A stretch of 64,000 nt of DNA, from positions 1,798,001 to 1,862,000 of the forward strand of contig JANJGN010000036.1 in assembly GCA_026770705.1 (NCBI GenBank). Direction: 5' to 3'. This stretch comes from Isurus oxyrinchus. Taxonomy: Eukaryota. Both the position numbers and the translations under genes were made by a program. Each line of letters opens with the position of its first letter. Within the stretch, counting starts at the first letter, position 1. A model generated the notes under the pieces. The model ran no database searches and was not told the origin of the DNA. It worked only from the letters and a program-made list of their open reading frames with translations. Below are positions 14,261 to 25,905 of this stretch, piece after piece.

Positions 14261-14989
14261 ACTATGGCTCTATGACTGCACCCATGTTGGATACCTTTCT
14301 GATTCTGAATACGACAAAATTCGGGTCAATGGGCTACAAGTTAAATGGTTTGCGTCGGGTCACGAAATTGTTGGTCCCAGCTTCGAGGTGAAACTATTAG
14401 GAAAGATTGAACAGGCCGAGGCTCTTTCCTCTAGAAAAGTGGAGGCAGAGGGGGTGACCTGATAGAGGCCTTTAAAGTTATGAACATATTCGATACGCTA
14501 GAAATAATGGCAGTGGGACCAGAACTCGGGACCATCAATATAAGATAGTCACCAATAAATCCAACCAGGAATGCAGCAGAAATAACTTTACTTGAACAGT
14601 GTGGAGAACGTGAAACTCGCTCCCAAAGGTCGCGGTGAATCGCCGAGATGCACTGAAAGGGGGAATCAGGATAAACACACGAGTTGTAAGGGATAGAGGA
14701 TATTTTGATGGTGTGGGATTACAGGAGGTAGGAGGAAGTTCTGTGAAGCGGAAACACCTGCACATGGCAGATGGCCCTTGATCCACAGGAATAATTCTGA
14801 CACAAAGAGACAGGCGGGAGACAGATTCCGGATGAAACAATCACTAAAATATTAGCGCCATATTCTTGTTTTTTTTTCAACTTGGCGTGTTTTTGTTGAA
14901 ATCAGAATAAATGAATGTGTTCAGGGTGAATTAAATAGAACACTCGGAACGAGGGGCATTTCCCCTTTCCCCTCGCAAATGTTCTAAGG

Positions 14990-15181
14990 AGTAATGTTGT
15001 TGAATTCAGCATCATTGCATTTTGGCTGCACTTTGAACCAGCCCGGACTGCGCACCGCCTGTGACGTGTGTTTACCACGATCTGCAGCGTGTTGTCCTTT
15101 GCAGGCAGAGCCGTGTGTGGTCTCCTAACCTACAAACAGGCAACCCTCTGCTAAAACTTACACCATGCTGAATTTTCCAGT
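14990..15181 (+). promoter_or_regulatory. Conserved upstream block of subfamily-1 genes (copies about 57205-57391 + and 35560-35745 -)
   Basis: CGTGTTGnCCTTTGCAGGCAGAGCnGTG and flanks are shared upstream of A, F and C in gene orientation. Confidence 0.5.
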
Positions 15182-16819
15182 GCGCTATTTTAAAAGTTTC
15201 CCCCGTGTCCCTGGGGCCAATAATTTTCCACGAAAAATATCATTAAAAGCACGATCTGAGTCATAATCACTTTGATTATTTGTGGGTCTTGCTGGGCGCA
15301 ATTACGGCTGCCGCATTTCCTTCATAACAACAGAGACTACACTTTAAATAAAAAGTCTTCCATTGTCCCTGAAGCGCCTCCTTTACCTCTTGCTCCTGTT
15401 ATTGTTTCAAATTTAACCTTCAACGTTTGACCCCATTAGCCTATATTTATGGATGGTCTATTATATATTTTACGGTTGTCGCCGATTCCTAATAGCAAGT
15501 ATTTTCTCTCTCCCTGCCAAAGCAGGACCCATAATGTTGATTTTGTACCTCTCAGTTATTGTATCTCAATCAAATTTGTCCCAGACTTCGGAGGTTCAGA
15601 GTCTCTGGCTTGGAAGTAAAACAAGGTGCATTGTGACACTGCTTAGTTGGCGGTGGTGGGGACAGGGCGGTAGATTGGTATAAACCGAACCAGCGGACGC
15701 ATGTGCGACTGGTTTACACGGTAACAGAATACAAAACTACAAGAGGGAGATATTCGGGAGAAGTTCACCTGAATCGACGCTCTATTCTCTGACCATTGCA
15801 GGTGTCCGAGCCAGTGATGCGGACATGTATTATTGTGTAGCTACGAAGATCAGTTGGATGTCCTTTACGTTTGGAAATCATTCAAAATGGTTTATCACAG
15901 GTACAAATTACGATTAATTTACATTTTGTATCATCAATATTCAGGAAGTTAAGGCCAATAGTGATCGAATCTCAGCGCCCGATCCCACCACGTTCCCCAA
16001 TAATCGGCATTTTAACTCCGCCTCCACATGAAATTCTCTCTGTCGGCGGGGACCTATTGGTGAGTTTGGTGAAGTATCTGGGTCCCGATTATTTTGCCGT
16101 CCGCTGGAATGTTTCCGGACGGGATGCCCAGGGACAGAAGGAACCCAGGACAATCGAGTTGGACCGAACCGGCACCATCAGAAGTTAAATACTTCTCTGG
16201 GCGGAAAATTGAAGCAGCGGCGCTCTCTATACTTAAGCCGTTCAAATCAACTCCAGTGAAAATCTTCCAATTGATATTGTCTCATCTCAGAGACGGAGTT
16301 GTTAACAGGTACTTCGTGCTTTTAATGTGCGACCTATTTATTCGTAACAACTCTTTGCACATTTGAACTCCTCCCTTCAATGTGTTTACGTGTCACTTTC
16401 CGACCCCTTATCCCGCTATCACGTATCTCATCATTTCAGTATTCATCTATCTGCATTCTTAAGCCACCTTTCTAGCTGGAATAATAGCGTATGGAGAGAG
16501 AAAATCTATTTTGGCCTGTCAATAATTAAGTAAAATCCCAATTTTCTGTTTACCGCTTCTTTCTCTCTCGATTCCTGTATTTTATTCTGTGTATTCCGTA
16601 GAGCTTCCAGCAACGACGCAGTGCTTTCTGCCCTTTGGCTAAGTGCTAGTGTTTCTGCTCCAAAGGAACCTCCTCCCACCCCTCTTCATCTCACCCCAGC
16701 AACTTATCCTTCCACTCCTTTCTCCTTCATGTGCTTATACAGCGTCACCCATCAATGCATCTCTGTAATTCACCTCAGCCACTCCCAGTGGTAACGTGCT
16801 CCACATTCTCCCCGCTCCC

Positions 16820-17447
16820 TGTTAGTTGGAAATTAGAAATGTTGTCAGATCACACTAAAAATTTACCGAAAAAACACTAAAATCTCCAGGCAGACTAGGC
16901 CACTAAATATAGTAAGAGTTGAAGATTACCTGATGAGCATTGCATAACCTTGAGACCCTGACTGGGGAGACAATCAGGATATAAATCCGATTAAGTGTAC
17001 TCTCCTGTCACATAGGGAAGGGGCAGATGGTTTTAGCTTAGATATGGGAGGACATACAATAGACAAAGAGGGGACTTTGATGAAACGCAAGCTGTCTTGA
17101 GCTGTGGGAACCAGTGTTTTTGAGTATGTGTTTTAATTTTGGATAATCTAATTAAGTATACCTGCTTTAGAATAATTGGTTAGCAAAATCACATGTTTAT
17201 GTACTCAATAGGATAGTTAACATTAGAAGGATGTGTCGGTGACCGATTGGATGTATTCAAATGTACTCAAATGTATTATGTTAAGGAAAAGTACAAAAGT
17301 AATGAAACACAATAAACCTGGGAGCTGGGTCTTCATTTTTAGGAATGATTGCAGCTACCATGCACATGCTTGAATAAAATCGTTCACAGGAATCCTGAGT
17401 CTCTGTGGTCGTTGTGTAATCGGGGATAATAACTTCCCCTCTTCAAC
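16820..17447 (+). mobile_element. LTR-like insertion
   Basis: Starts TGTTAG, AATAAA near the 3' end, ends CAAC followed by TGG; absent from the paralogous site near 58497. Confidence 0.4.
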
Positions 17448-18149
17448 TGGCCGATGTGGTAGTTCCAGCATTGGAGGGAGTACCTTCTTCACTGGTTACC
17501 CCACAGACTCCTCTCTGCTCGAAAAAAAGAAGCCAGCCTATCCAAACTTCCCTGATTGTCATAACTTCTCAGTTTTGGCATAATTCCAGCAAACCTTTTC
17601 TTTTTCGCAATTGCCCCTGTGCCTGCATATTCCTTGTATGATATGCAGACCAGAATAATTCACAGGACTCTATGTATGGTCTAGCTAAGTTTTGATATAG
17701 CTTTAATGCCGCCTTTCTTCTTTTCATTGCTGGGCCTGGTTTTTATCACCTTATTTACCTCTTTCACTAATTTCAGTCATGTTTGTCTTGTGCCTCAGAG
17801 CCCTTTGCTCTTCTTTCCAATTTAATCGCTTGTTTTCCAGTGAGTATTTTGCCCAAACCCTATCACTATATCTAACCCAAACCCCAATCATACTCCTTCC
17901 TAGTAAAACGGTCCCTATATATCATTTCATCCAAGACAAAGGAAAGGAATCCGCTGGTTGGCTATAAGGCACTTAGAATTTCATGCCTGGCAGACAAACC
18001 CTTAACATCAATTACTATTTTCAATTACTATTTCAAGCTTAACACATTTAGATAGAACCTGTATGGAGTTCCATAAGGGCTTCATGTGTTTGTGTTTTAT
18101 AAATGTATCTATGTATCCCTCACTCGCACATGATCTTTTTTCTAACTCT

Positions 18150-18320
18150 GTATCCATCCATCTATCTATCTATCTATCTACCTGATTATCCATCCATCTA
18201 CCTACCTATCTTTCTTTCTATCTATCTAACGATCTATCTATCTATCTATCTATCTATCCATCTATCTATCTAACAATCTATCTATCTATGTATGCATGTA
18301 TCTATCCATCTATCTACCGC
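18150..18320 (+). repeat. (TCTA)n-type low complexity; paralogous tracts about 59670-59975 and 32040-32150
   Basis: Direct reading. Confidence 0.85.
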
Positions 18321-19787
18321 CTCTCTGTCTCTCTCTTTCTTTCTCTCTCTCTCTATAATTCTCTCACACGCCGTCGACGTGACTGTCTCTCTCTATCTAG
18401 CCATCCACCTACCTTCAAATTTGTAAATTTGTTTCGCTTGCCTAATAAATGTCGAATTTTCATTTTTATGTGCTTGGTGATGATGGTGACATTCACAGGG
18501 CTGACTTCGTTTCGGCATCCCGAGCACCACTTTGTATGTGGTGCTGGATCTCCTTGAACCTTGTGCAAGAGCCAAAAAGCTCGGGTTGTGGGATTTTTTC
18601 TGAATCCAATGAGATTTTTTCAATTTACGTTCCCTGCCACTTGCAGTTCCCACTTTCAGGGAGTTCGTCCGCGGCGAACCTTTCCTTCAGGGGATATTTC
18701 TTGTGGCCGGGAGAAGGACTTCCAGGAACCGGCAGTCAGGGATAGATTACAGAGACAATCTATAACTCTGAGGCGCTCTCAATTCATCCATTAATCACTG
18801 GGTTTGTGGCACTTTCAGCTATTTGAATGTGAACTGAGGTCATTTTAACTAAGTATCAATTTCATTTTCTAACAGGCATCATGAACAGTGATGCGGAACT
18901 TACACATTCCAGAGCAAGGACAGAAAAAAATGCGGTAACTATGGATTTGTTTCCTACAGATTCATTTCACTGAATTTTAACCTAAGGTTTAAAATTCATA
19001 GTTCATGTTTTATTAGTCTAAGAGATTTTGCATAGTTCACATTGCAAAATAACACTGTTTACATGTCATATAACATTGCGACAACAGATCAAAAATATAG
19101 ACAAGTGTTCAGTTGAATATGTCAAAATTTTTACGTTTTTGTTGGGTAAAGGGCATTAACTTTTAACGAACGAAGGAGAGGAGATTGTGTCCTCTTCACA
19201 ATTGCAGCCATGAGATGTGGGACATTTCGATTTATCTGGAATTCTCACCTTTAGACCATTCAGTCCCTCGGCAGAGGAGGAATATTCCAGAAAGCGGCGG
19301 CGTCGCCTCCTCGCCCTCCTGACTTTCCTCAGTGAGATTCCCCTGGGGTCCCCCCGCGCATCAGGCCTGACTGCGCCCGGGACCGAGACTTATCCCTTCA
19401 CCCAACAGACTGTCTGATTATTACCACTGTGCTATTTGTGGGATCTTGCTGTGCGCTTACTGTTCGCCGCATTTCCGAGAATGCAAGAGTGACCGCCCTT
19501 GAAAAAGTAATTCATGTGAAGCGCCTTTACCTCCTTCCTATACCTTTCTTTTTCTCTCTCTCTTTCTCTCTTTCTTTCTTTGTTTCTTTGTTCCTTCCTC
19601 TCCTTCCAGGTCTGATCTCAAATTTAACCCTCAGCGCTTTATCCCCGCTACAGGTCAGGAACTGGCGATCCTTCCTGACAGAATGTCCCTGTCACCAGGT
19701 GACAGGCGGAATGTCTCATTGGTATAAAACAGGTTTTATGTTTCCCTGACATAACAGGATGTCTTGTGATGTGTTCTGTCCCCTCAG

Positions 19788-20126
19788 TGACCGTCTCTCA
19801 GGCCGTGTTCCCGCAATCTCCGGCCGCTCAGACCGTCTCGGTGGGCAGTAGCTTCAAGGTGCATTGCCACACAGGCTGGTTATCAAGTGGAGCTGTTTAC
19901 TGGTATAAACAGCGGCACCGAGAGCACCTGCAGTTCGTTCACAAGGTGAGAAAGCACATCCCTGCAGAGGGAAGGTTTTCAGGAGAAATCAACGACAAAT
20001 CTACCATTTTCTCCCTGGTGATCGAGGAGGTCCAGAGAAATGACACGGGTGCTTATTACTGCGCAGCCCGGAAAACCCCTGGAAAGTCCCTGGTCTTCGG
20101 GACCGGCTCCAAATTATTCACCACAG
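19788..20126 (+). CDS. Gene B V-J exon (open)
   Basis: VFPQSP..VHC..WYKQ..GRFSG..FSLVI..DTGAYYC..FGTGSKLFTT, 339 nt. Confidence 0.93.
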
Positions 20127-20174
20127 GTAAAAAAAAAAAGAGAAATGAGATTGTTTACTCGCTTTATCACTGTT

Positions 20175-20505
20175 TTTTCCTTCGCTCACGGGATGTGGGT
20201 GTTCTGGCTCGGCAAAGCATTTATTACCCATCCCTAATTACCCTTGTTCAGGAGGCATTTAAGAGAAGGTGTGGATCTGGAGTCAGATGTAGGGTCAGAC
20301 CGGGTAAGGGCGGCAGATTTCCTTCCCTAAAGGGCATTCGTGAACCAGATAGGGGTTATTTTCTTAATCGATTCCTTGTCATCATTAGACTTTTAATTCC
20401 AGATTCTTATTCCGTTCCAATTCCTCCCTCTGCCGATTCGAAGCCGGGTCCCCAGAGCATTACTCACTCTCTTGATTACCCCAGCCCAGTGAAAATACCA
20501 CTCCG
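20175..20505 (-). mobile_element. HE1-like SINE in gene B V-C1 intron
   Basis: GGATGTGGG..GCATTTATTACCCATCCCTAATT..GGCAGATTTCCTTCCCTAAAGG. Confidence 0.75.
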
Positions 20506-20582
20506 CACCGTGTCCCCCAAACTACCAATAACCAGAAATTCATGGTGAATAATAATTACATCTTACCTCCCAAACTCGCCAG

Positions 20583-20884
20583 GTACGCCGACAATATTCC
20601 TTTTAGCTCCACCGGTGGAGAAGCTGTTGAGATGGAGACTGTCCCATTGATGTGTTTGGTGACCAACGCGGCCTCTGTTACCCTTTCCGTTCGCTGGAAT
20701 TTTTCCACGTGGGAGACAGAGGGATGGACGGATTCTGGAACAATCGACTCCGAAGGGGTGTACAATATAAGAAGCCTCATCAGGGTCCCACCAGGAACGT
20801 GCAGCGGGGGCGGGTTCTGCACTTGCTCTGTTCAAATCTCCTCCACTCAAAGTCTCATCAGTGAAAGGTTCTCATATCAGAGAG
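20583..20884 (+). CDS. Gene B C1 exon (1-nt frameshift near start)
   Basis: GTPTIFLLAPPV / EAVEMETVPLMCLV..VRWNFS..EGVYNIRS..CTCSVQ. Confidence 0.88.
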
Positions 20885-21004
20885 GTAACTATTGACATTG
20901 TCCCTTTACTGGTATAGTTAATTATTGATGTGAGACTGAATGGTTCGCGACACCACATATGTTATCTTAATAGTTGTTCCCTTTCCATGTATATGGACAC
21001 AGGC

Positions 21005-21610
21005 ACAGATTCGTAGAAAGTCTACAGCACAGGAAGAGGCCATGGTGCCTGCCTCGTACAAAAACGAGCTACCCAATCCTACTTTCCAACATTTAGTCCG
21101 TATTCCTGCATCTTACAGCGCTACAGAAACACATCCGGTTGCCTTTTAAATGAATTGAGGGTTTCTGCCTCTCCTGCCCTTTCAGCCAGTGAGTCTCAGA
21201 CCCCTACAACACTCTGGGTGAGAAAAATCTTCCCTCGTCTCCCCTCTATTTTTTCTACAAATCACTATAAACCTGGACAATGACATCTCTGCTAAAGTAA
21301 AAAAAAACATTCACATCCCCTCTATCCAGACTCCACACAATTTTGTACACATCAACCCCATCTCCCATCAGCCTCCTCTGCTCCAAGGAGAATAGTCCCA
21401 GCCTATCCAATGTTTCTTCATAGCTGAAATTTTCCAGTCGTGGTAACATCCTTGTCAATTTGTTTTGTATTCTCTCTAATGCAATCAAGCCCTTTCTGTA
21501 ATGAGATGACCAGAACTGCATACACAACTCACGCTGCAGCCTAACTCATGTTTAATACAGTTCCAGCATAGCCTCACTGCTCTTGCATCCTAAACCTCGT
21601 CAAATAAATG
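21005..21610 (-). mobile_element. CR1-type LINE 3' fragment
   Basis: CMQFWSSHYRK..ALERIQ..TRMLP.L..SYEE.L.RLGLFSLEQRRL. Confidence 0.85.
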
Positions 21611-21949
21611 AAAGGACCTCGGGCTAATTACCCGGTCAATTACCTCTTCCGTATCTCTCAATGTTTCAGTGTTTAGCTCCCTAAAATTTGAAGCTCATCT
21701 GTTTAACTATGCCAGAGATACATGGTGGGAGATAAGGAATCAGGCTGAAATTTTGCAGTTTAAAATAGGAAAATTGAAATTCAATTTCCAGTTTGAAACT
21801 TGAGCAGTATTTTGCTTCTATCTTCCCAAACGCATCCATTACAATACCATCAACATGTGCTCTTACCCTCATATAGCTTTTTCCGCCGTGTGTTTAGGAG
21901 TTTCTCTGCAATGAGACTTTCCGTTGTAGACATTTCCACATTATAACGA

Positions 21950-22110
21950 TAAAAGAAGCAAAATACGGCGGATGCTGGAAATCTGAAGCAAAAACAGAAA
22001 AAAAAAGGCCTGGAGAAGGGTCACGCAGACTCGAAATGTTAACTCCGTTTCTCTCTCCACAGATGCTGTCAGGCCCGCTGAGTTTTTCCAGTATTTTCTA
22101 TTTTTGTTCC
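21950..22110. mobile_element. Internally inverted Penelope terminal fragment in gene B intron
   Basis: CGGATGCTGGAAATCTGAA followed by the opposite-orientation GACTCGAAATGTTAAC..GAGTTTTTCCAG. Confidence 0.7.
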
Positions 22111-22777
22111 TCATTCTAACCACCCTGAACAAAAAAAAAAAAACACGGTTTCGCCTGAAACGCCAGTTGGGGTTCATAATTGGCAGAAGAGCTGAAAGCT
22201 CGACATTCCAGGAGTCAAAGCGGACTTTGCATTAAATTCAGATTGATACAAGAGTATGGGGAGTAGGTCCAAGTAGTGGAGCCGAATTTTGATTCCTTTG
22301 GCGAAGAAGAATGTTCTACAATAGACACTAAACCACAAGACAGCAATAACACTATCAGAGACATAGTAAGCCACTTGATTGGCACCTTATAAATGCTCAC
22401 CCTCTGCATGGGCCCAGTGGCAGTAATATCTACCATCTACAAGATGTCCTGCAGAATCTCGCCATGGTCACGTTGTTCTCTAATCTTATTGTGTTTTCTT
22501 GCATGTACCTCTTAGTCCTTGTCTCTTCCAGTCTCGCTCTCTCTCGCCACCAATCTGTCTATCCCTTTTTATTTTCATATTTTTATTTCACTCGGGTTGT
22601 TGATTATACTGGTAAAACTAATTTTGAGTCCCCATCCCTATTTTGCGTGGGCGTTCGTGTGTATCCTTGAAATTTTGGCAAGGGACAATCCCGTGTAAGG
22701 GATTCTTCAATATTGTTTCTCCCCCCACCCCACCCCACCCCCTCACCCCCGCTACCCCTACCCCGCCCCTTGCTCAG

Positions 22778-22891
22778 AGCCGCGAATATCTACTTGTCTC
22801 CTGTTGTTTTACAGAAGTTCGTTGGTGATCTTTCTCCTTCTATTGACCTTGACTGTCGTCGCCGGATGGAGCTACATAAAGCGACATTCAG
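22778..22891 (+). CDS. Gene B TM exon
   Basis: EPRISTCLLLFYRSSLVIFLLLLTLTVVAGWSYIKRHS; CTCAG acceptor, G|GTAGGA donor. Confidence 0.8.
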
Positions 22892-23026
22892 GTAGGAAGG
22901 GCTGTATATTTTGGGGGCTCTACACACCTGAATGAGAGTCGATGCAACCTTTGCCTCTTTTTGACACGTTAATTAAACCTATCAGGGTACAAATTACAGA
23001 CATTTATGCCCTTTTTTATATATCAG

Positions 23027-23085
23027 GCAACGGGAACTCGGATAAGACATTCACGGATTCTGGGTCACGTGAACGGAACCAAGAG
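23027..23085 (+). CDS. Gene B cytoplasmic exon 1
   Basis: 59 nt, GNGNSDKTFTDSGSRERNQE, phase 1-0. Confidence 0.8.
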
Positions 23086-23396
23086 GTAAATACATGGAGA
23101 CTTTTTTTGCAGTTTCCTGACGCTGATTTTATACAACAACCTTTATGCGGGATAGTTATGGTCCCGAAAGTCCACTAAGCTTCTGATAGTCAAAATGGCA
23201 CCATTTACCATTTTGCTAGAACTGGAAACAGCTGGAAATATACATCTGGAGATTTAATAGCAGTACTGATATTTAATGATGTTTCAATCAGTGTTAAATG
23301 GTTGAATTATGAGAACAGGTAGCACATATTTGGTGTTTATACTGAAGAACAAGTCATGTTCCAATTGTAATGATTAAGCTACTTAAATTATCTATG

Positions 23397-23885
23397 GGTG
23401 ATGTGGTGGCAGAGTGCTATTGTCACTGGGCTACAATTCCAGTGTAATTACCTGGGTACCCGGGTTCCAATTCCAGCGCAGCAGATGCTTCAATTTGAAT
23501 TCAATCATAATTTGGAATTCAAAAATCTCGAAACCATGGCTTATTGTCATAAAACCCTCTGAAGGAGGTCCATATGGACTCGAAATGTTAATTCCGTTTT
23601 TTTCTCTCCACAGATGCTTCTAGACCTGTTGAGTTTTTCAAGCATTTTCTGTTTTTGTTTCAGATTTCCAGCATCCGCAGTATTTTGCTTTTATTATATT
23701 GTCGTAAAAATCCATATGGTTCACTAATGCCCCAAAGGGGAGGAAATCTGCCGCCCTCACCTGGTCTGCCTGACACGTGACTCAAGACCCACAGCGATGT
23801 GGTTGACCCTTAACTACAATTAGGAATGGGCACTCAGTGCTCTCCTAGCCAGCGATGCCCACATCCCATGAACGAATAAATAAAT
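23397..23885 (+). mobile_element. HE1-like tRNA-derived SINE interrupted by a Penelope end (about 23556-23698)
   Basis: GTGGCAGAGTG A-box, GGTTCCAATTCC B-box, GGAAATCTGCCG core, CACATCCCATGAACGAATAAA tail. Confidence 0.75.
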
Positions 23886-24176
23886 GATTGGATAAGACGA
23901 GAGAATCTGTTGCAGCCGTGAATGCTAGTGAAACAAACCTTAACATTTGGAGCAGCCGTTCAGAAGTGACCTCGGGGAGTACCAGAACACAAATAGGGGA
24001 GGTGGGGATACCAACTAGAATTTGATATTTACATTCAATCCTAAAGCATTGCGAAGTATTTGGAGATAGAGACCAACCATGATATAATTGAATGGGGTGT
24101 CAAGGTCCTGGGCCGAATGTCCTAACGCCGCTCCTGATGTTTATATGATGATAATAGTTTCTATTTTCCCCCATAG

Positions 24177-24221
24177 ACTCTTTATGCTCGCCTGGCGTTT
24201 ACTGCAGATCCGACGTCCTAA
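24177..24221 (+). CDS. Gene B terminal exon
   Basis: CCATAG acceptor; TLYARLAFTADPTS*. Confidence 0.82.
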   Translation, partial: TLYARLAFTADPTS

Positions 24222-24540
24222 TGGTGAAGAACAGTCACTGGATGAAGCAGGAGATGACGCGTTAAAGAACATTTCCACCATGGAATTCAATAAGAAGCAT
24301 TGTCCAGTGGTAATTCCAACATTTACCTCGATCTTGTGCCGTGCTCGTGAGTTTTGACCCTCAGTGTCATAGGTGTGGAAATGTAATCTAGAAGGTGTCA
24401 GTACTTCGCCTAGACGGTGTTTCACTCTTATGTTAATGATGTAACATCCACCTGTCACCAACGAGTGACCCCTCAGATGTATTTCCCAATATAGAAACGA
24501 TTTAGCACCTATTGTGGATTTGTCATTTTTATTGTTCTCA

Positions 24541-24560
24541 TTATTTTTATTATTATTATA

Positions 24561-24601
<41 letters not shown>
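24541..24601 (+). repeat. (TTA)n microsatellite
   Basis: Direct reading. Confidence 0.95.
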
Positions 24602-24974
24602 CCGTCACGTATATGGCCATCGATGTTATCTTAACATGAACACGGACATATACAGAGATATAACTGCATACCTAAACATTGTATAACACTGCAAAATGTG
24701 GTTTCCTCAAACAAAGAGAAACGGCAGAGATAACACTGTAGATCAGTGCCTGTCGAAGGAACTGCTCCTTAATACTTAACTGAGCCTTCTATTATTAGTT
24801 CTCAGTGCGGTTTCCAGTTAGATCGATAATGGGGACTGGATTCGAATTAGGGTGATGAATACAGACTCCTAATGACCTCTGTTAGCAGAGAGACATATCC
24901 CTTCCAATCTGAAGCTAAATGCAGAGAAAAATATCAAACAAGCATTGCTGGTTTTAAATCTAAGAATGAGACAT

Positions 24975-25345
24975 AACCTTACTGAAACTTATAAGATTCT
25001 GAGGGAGCTTTGACAGGGTAGATGTTGAGAGGTTATTTGCCGTCGTGGGGAATCTGGAACTAGTGTTCATAGCTTCAGAATGAGGGTTTCCCATTTACGA
25101 CTGAGACGATGTGATGTTTCTTCTCTCAGATTGATTTTTGAATTGTCCTGCCCAGAGAGCAGTTGATGCTGGGTCAGGGAACATGCTGAAGTCTGAGGTA
25201 GACAGATTTTTGATTAGCAAGGTAGCTAAAGATTATGGGAAGCAGACATGAAAGTGAAGCCAAGGCCGCAATCAGTTCAACCATATTCTTATTGAATGAT
25301 GGCACAGGCTCGGGGGCACAAATATTCTATTCCTGCTCCTATTTC
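24975..25345 (+). mobile_element. CR1-type LINE 3' end
   Basis: GAAACTTATAAGATTCTGAGGG..GACAGGGTAGATG..ATTCCTGCTCCTATTTCT. Confidence 0.7.
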
Positions 25346-25795
25346 TGAGGATAGTTTAATATTTGGACAATTGAAATAAATGTTCGGATGGGAATTGTTG
25401 ACTGGTCTAAGATCAATCTTAAAAGAAACAGGAAAATGTTTTAAAAATCTACACCAAACGACTGGGTGTTAGGTTGAACTGGTTTTGACATCGTGTTAAA
25501 AACAGGGAGACTGTTAAGAAATTTACAAAATGGTTCCATTGTGCCCTTGCTTCGTGGGAACTTTTCATTCCGATTCCTGAAACAAGGAGCTGCAATGGGT
25601 ATTTAAAATTGACGCGCATTAAACAAACGCTCATTAAAATTGCCTTGTTAAATTTTAATATCGATCCCAGCAGCCGGATTAATGAACCCGTTTCCCAATT
25701 AAGATGAAGATGAGAACCCGGATTATCGCGATGCTCATCGCAAAGGGTCAAATTGCTGCATCAAAATAGAGACCAAACATTTAGAAACTTCTGCT

Positions 25796-25905
25796 AAAAA
25801 CAAAAAAACTGCGGATGCTGGAAATCCAAAACAAAAACAGAATTAGCTCTTCTCCGCCGATGCTGCCAGACCTGCTGAGTTTTTCCAGGTAATTCTGTTT
25901 TTGTT
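25796..25905. mobile_element. Internally inverted Penelope-end insertion with 15-bp target-site duplication
   Basis: TTAGAAACTTCTGCT at 25781-25795 and 25906-25920. Confidence 0.85.

Larger units (their letters stand above)
15556..18934 (+). pseudogene. Gene A: VJ-C1-TM pseudogene
   Basis: V-J 15556-15900 with frameshifts and TAG at 15644 (DADMYYC..FGNHSKWFIT retained); C1 about 15992-16295 with lost Cys, lost acceptor and stops; degenerate TM about 18623-18740; 59-nt Cyt1 18876-18934; terminal exon not found. Confidence 0.88.
19788..24221 (+). pseudogene. Gene B: VJ-C1-TM receptor paralog, intact apart from a 1-nt deletion early in C1; leader not identified
   Basis: V-J 19788-20126, C1 20583-20884 (302 nt, frameshift near 20618), TM 22778-22891, Cyt1 23027-23085, Cyt2 24177-24221 (TLYARLAFTADPTS*); all splice sites canonical. 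Confidence 0.8.

Noticed and set aside
19217-19331. RRRRLLALLTFL with a GTGAGA donor as gene B leader
   Set aside because: No in-frame ATG (TGA at 19211), and the CTCAGTGAGATTC string matches sequence upstream of the gene E ATG, so it is more likely 5' UTR.
19766-20548. 260-aa ORF as a single-exon protein
   Set aside because: Only 19788-20126 is exon; the rest is read-through into an intron containing a SINE.
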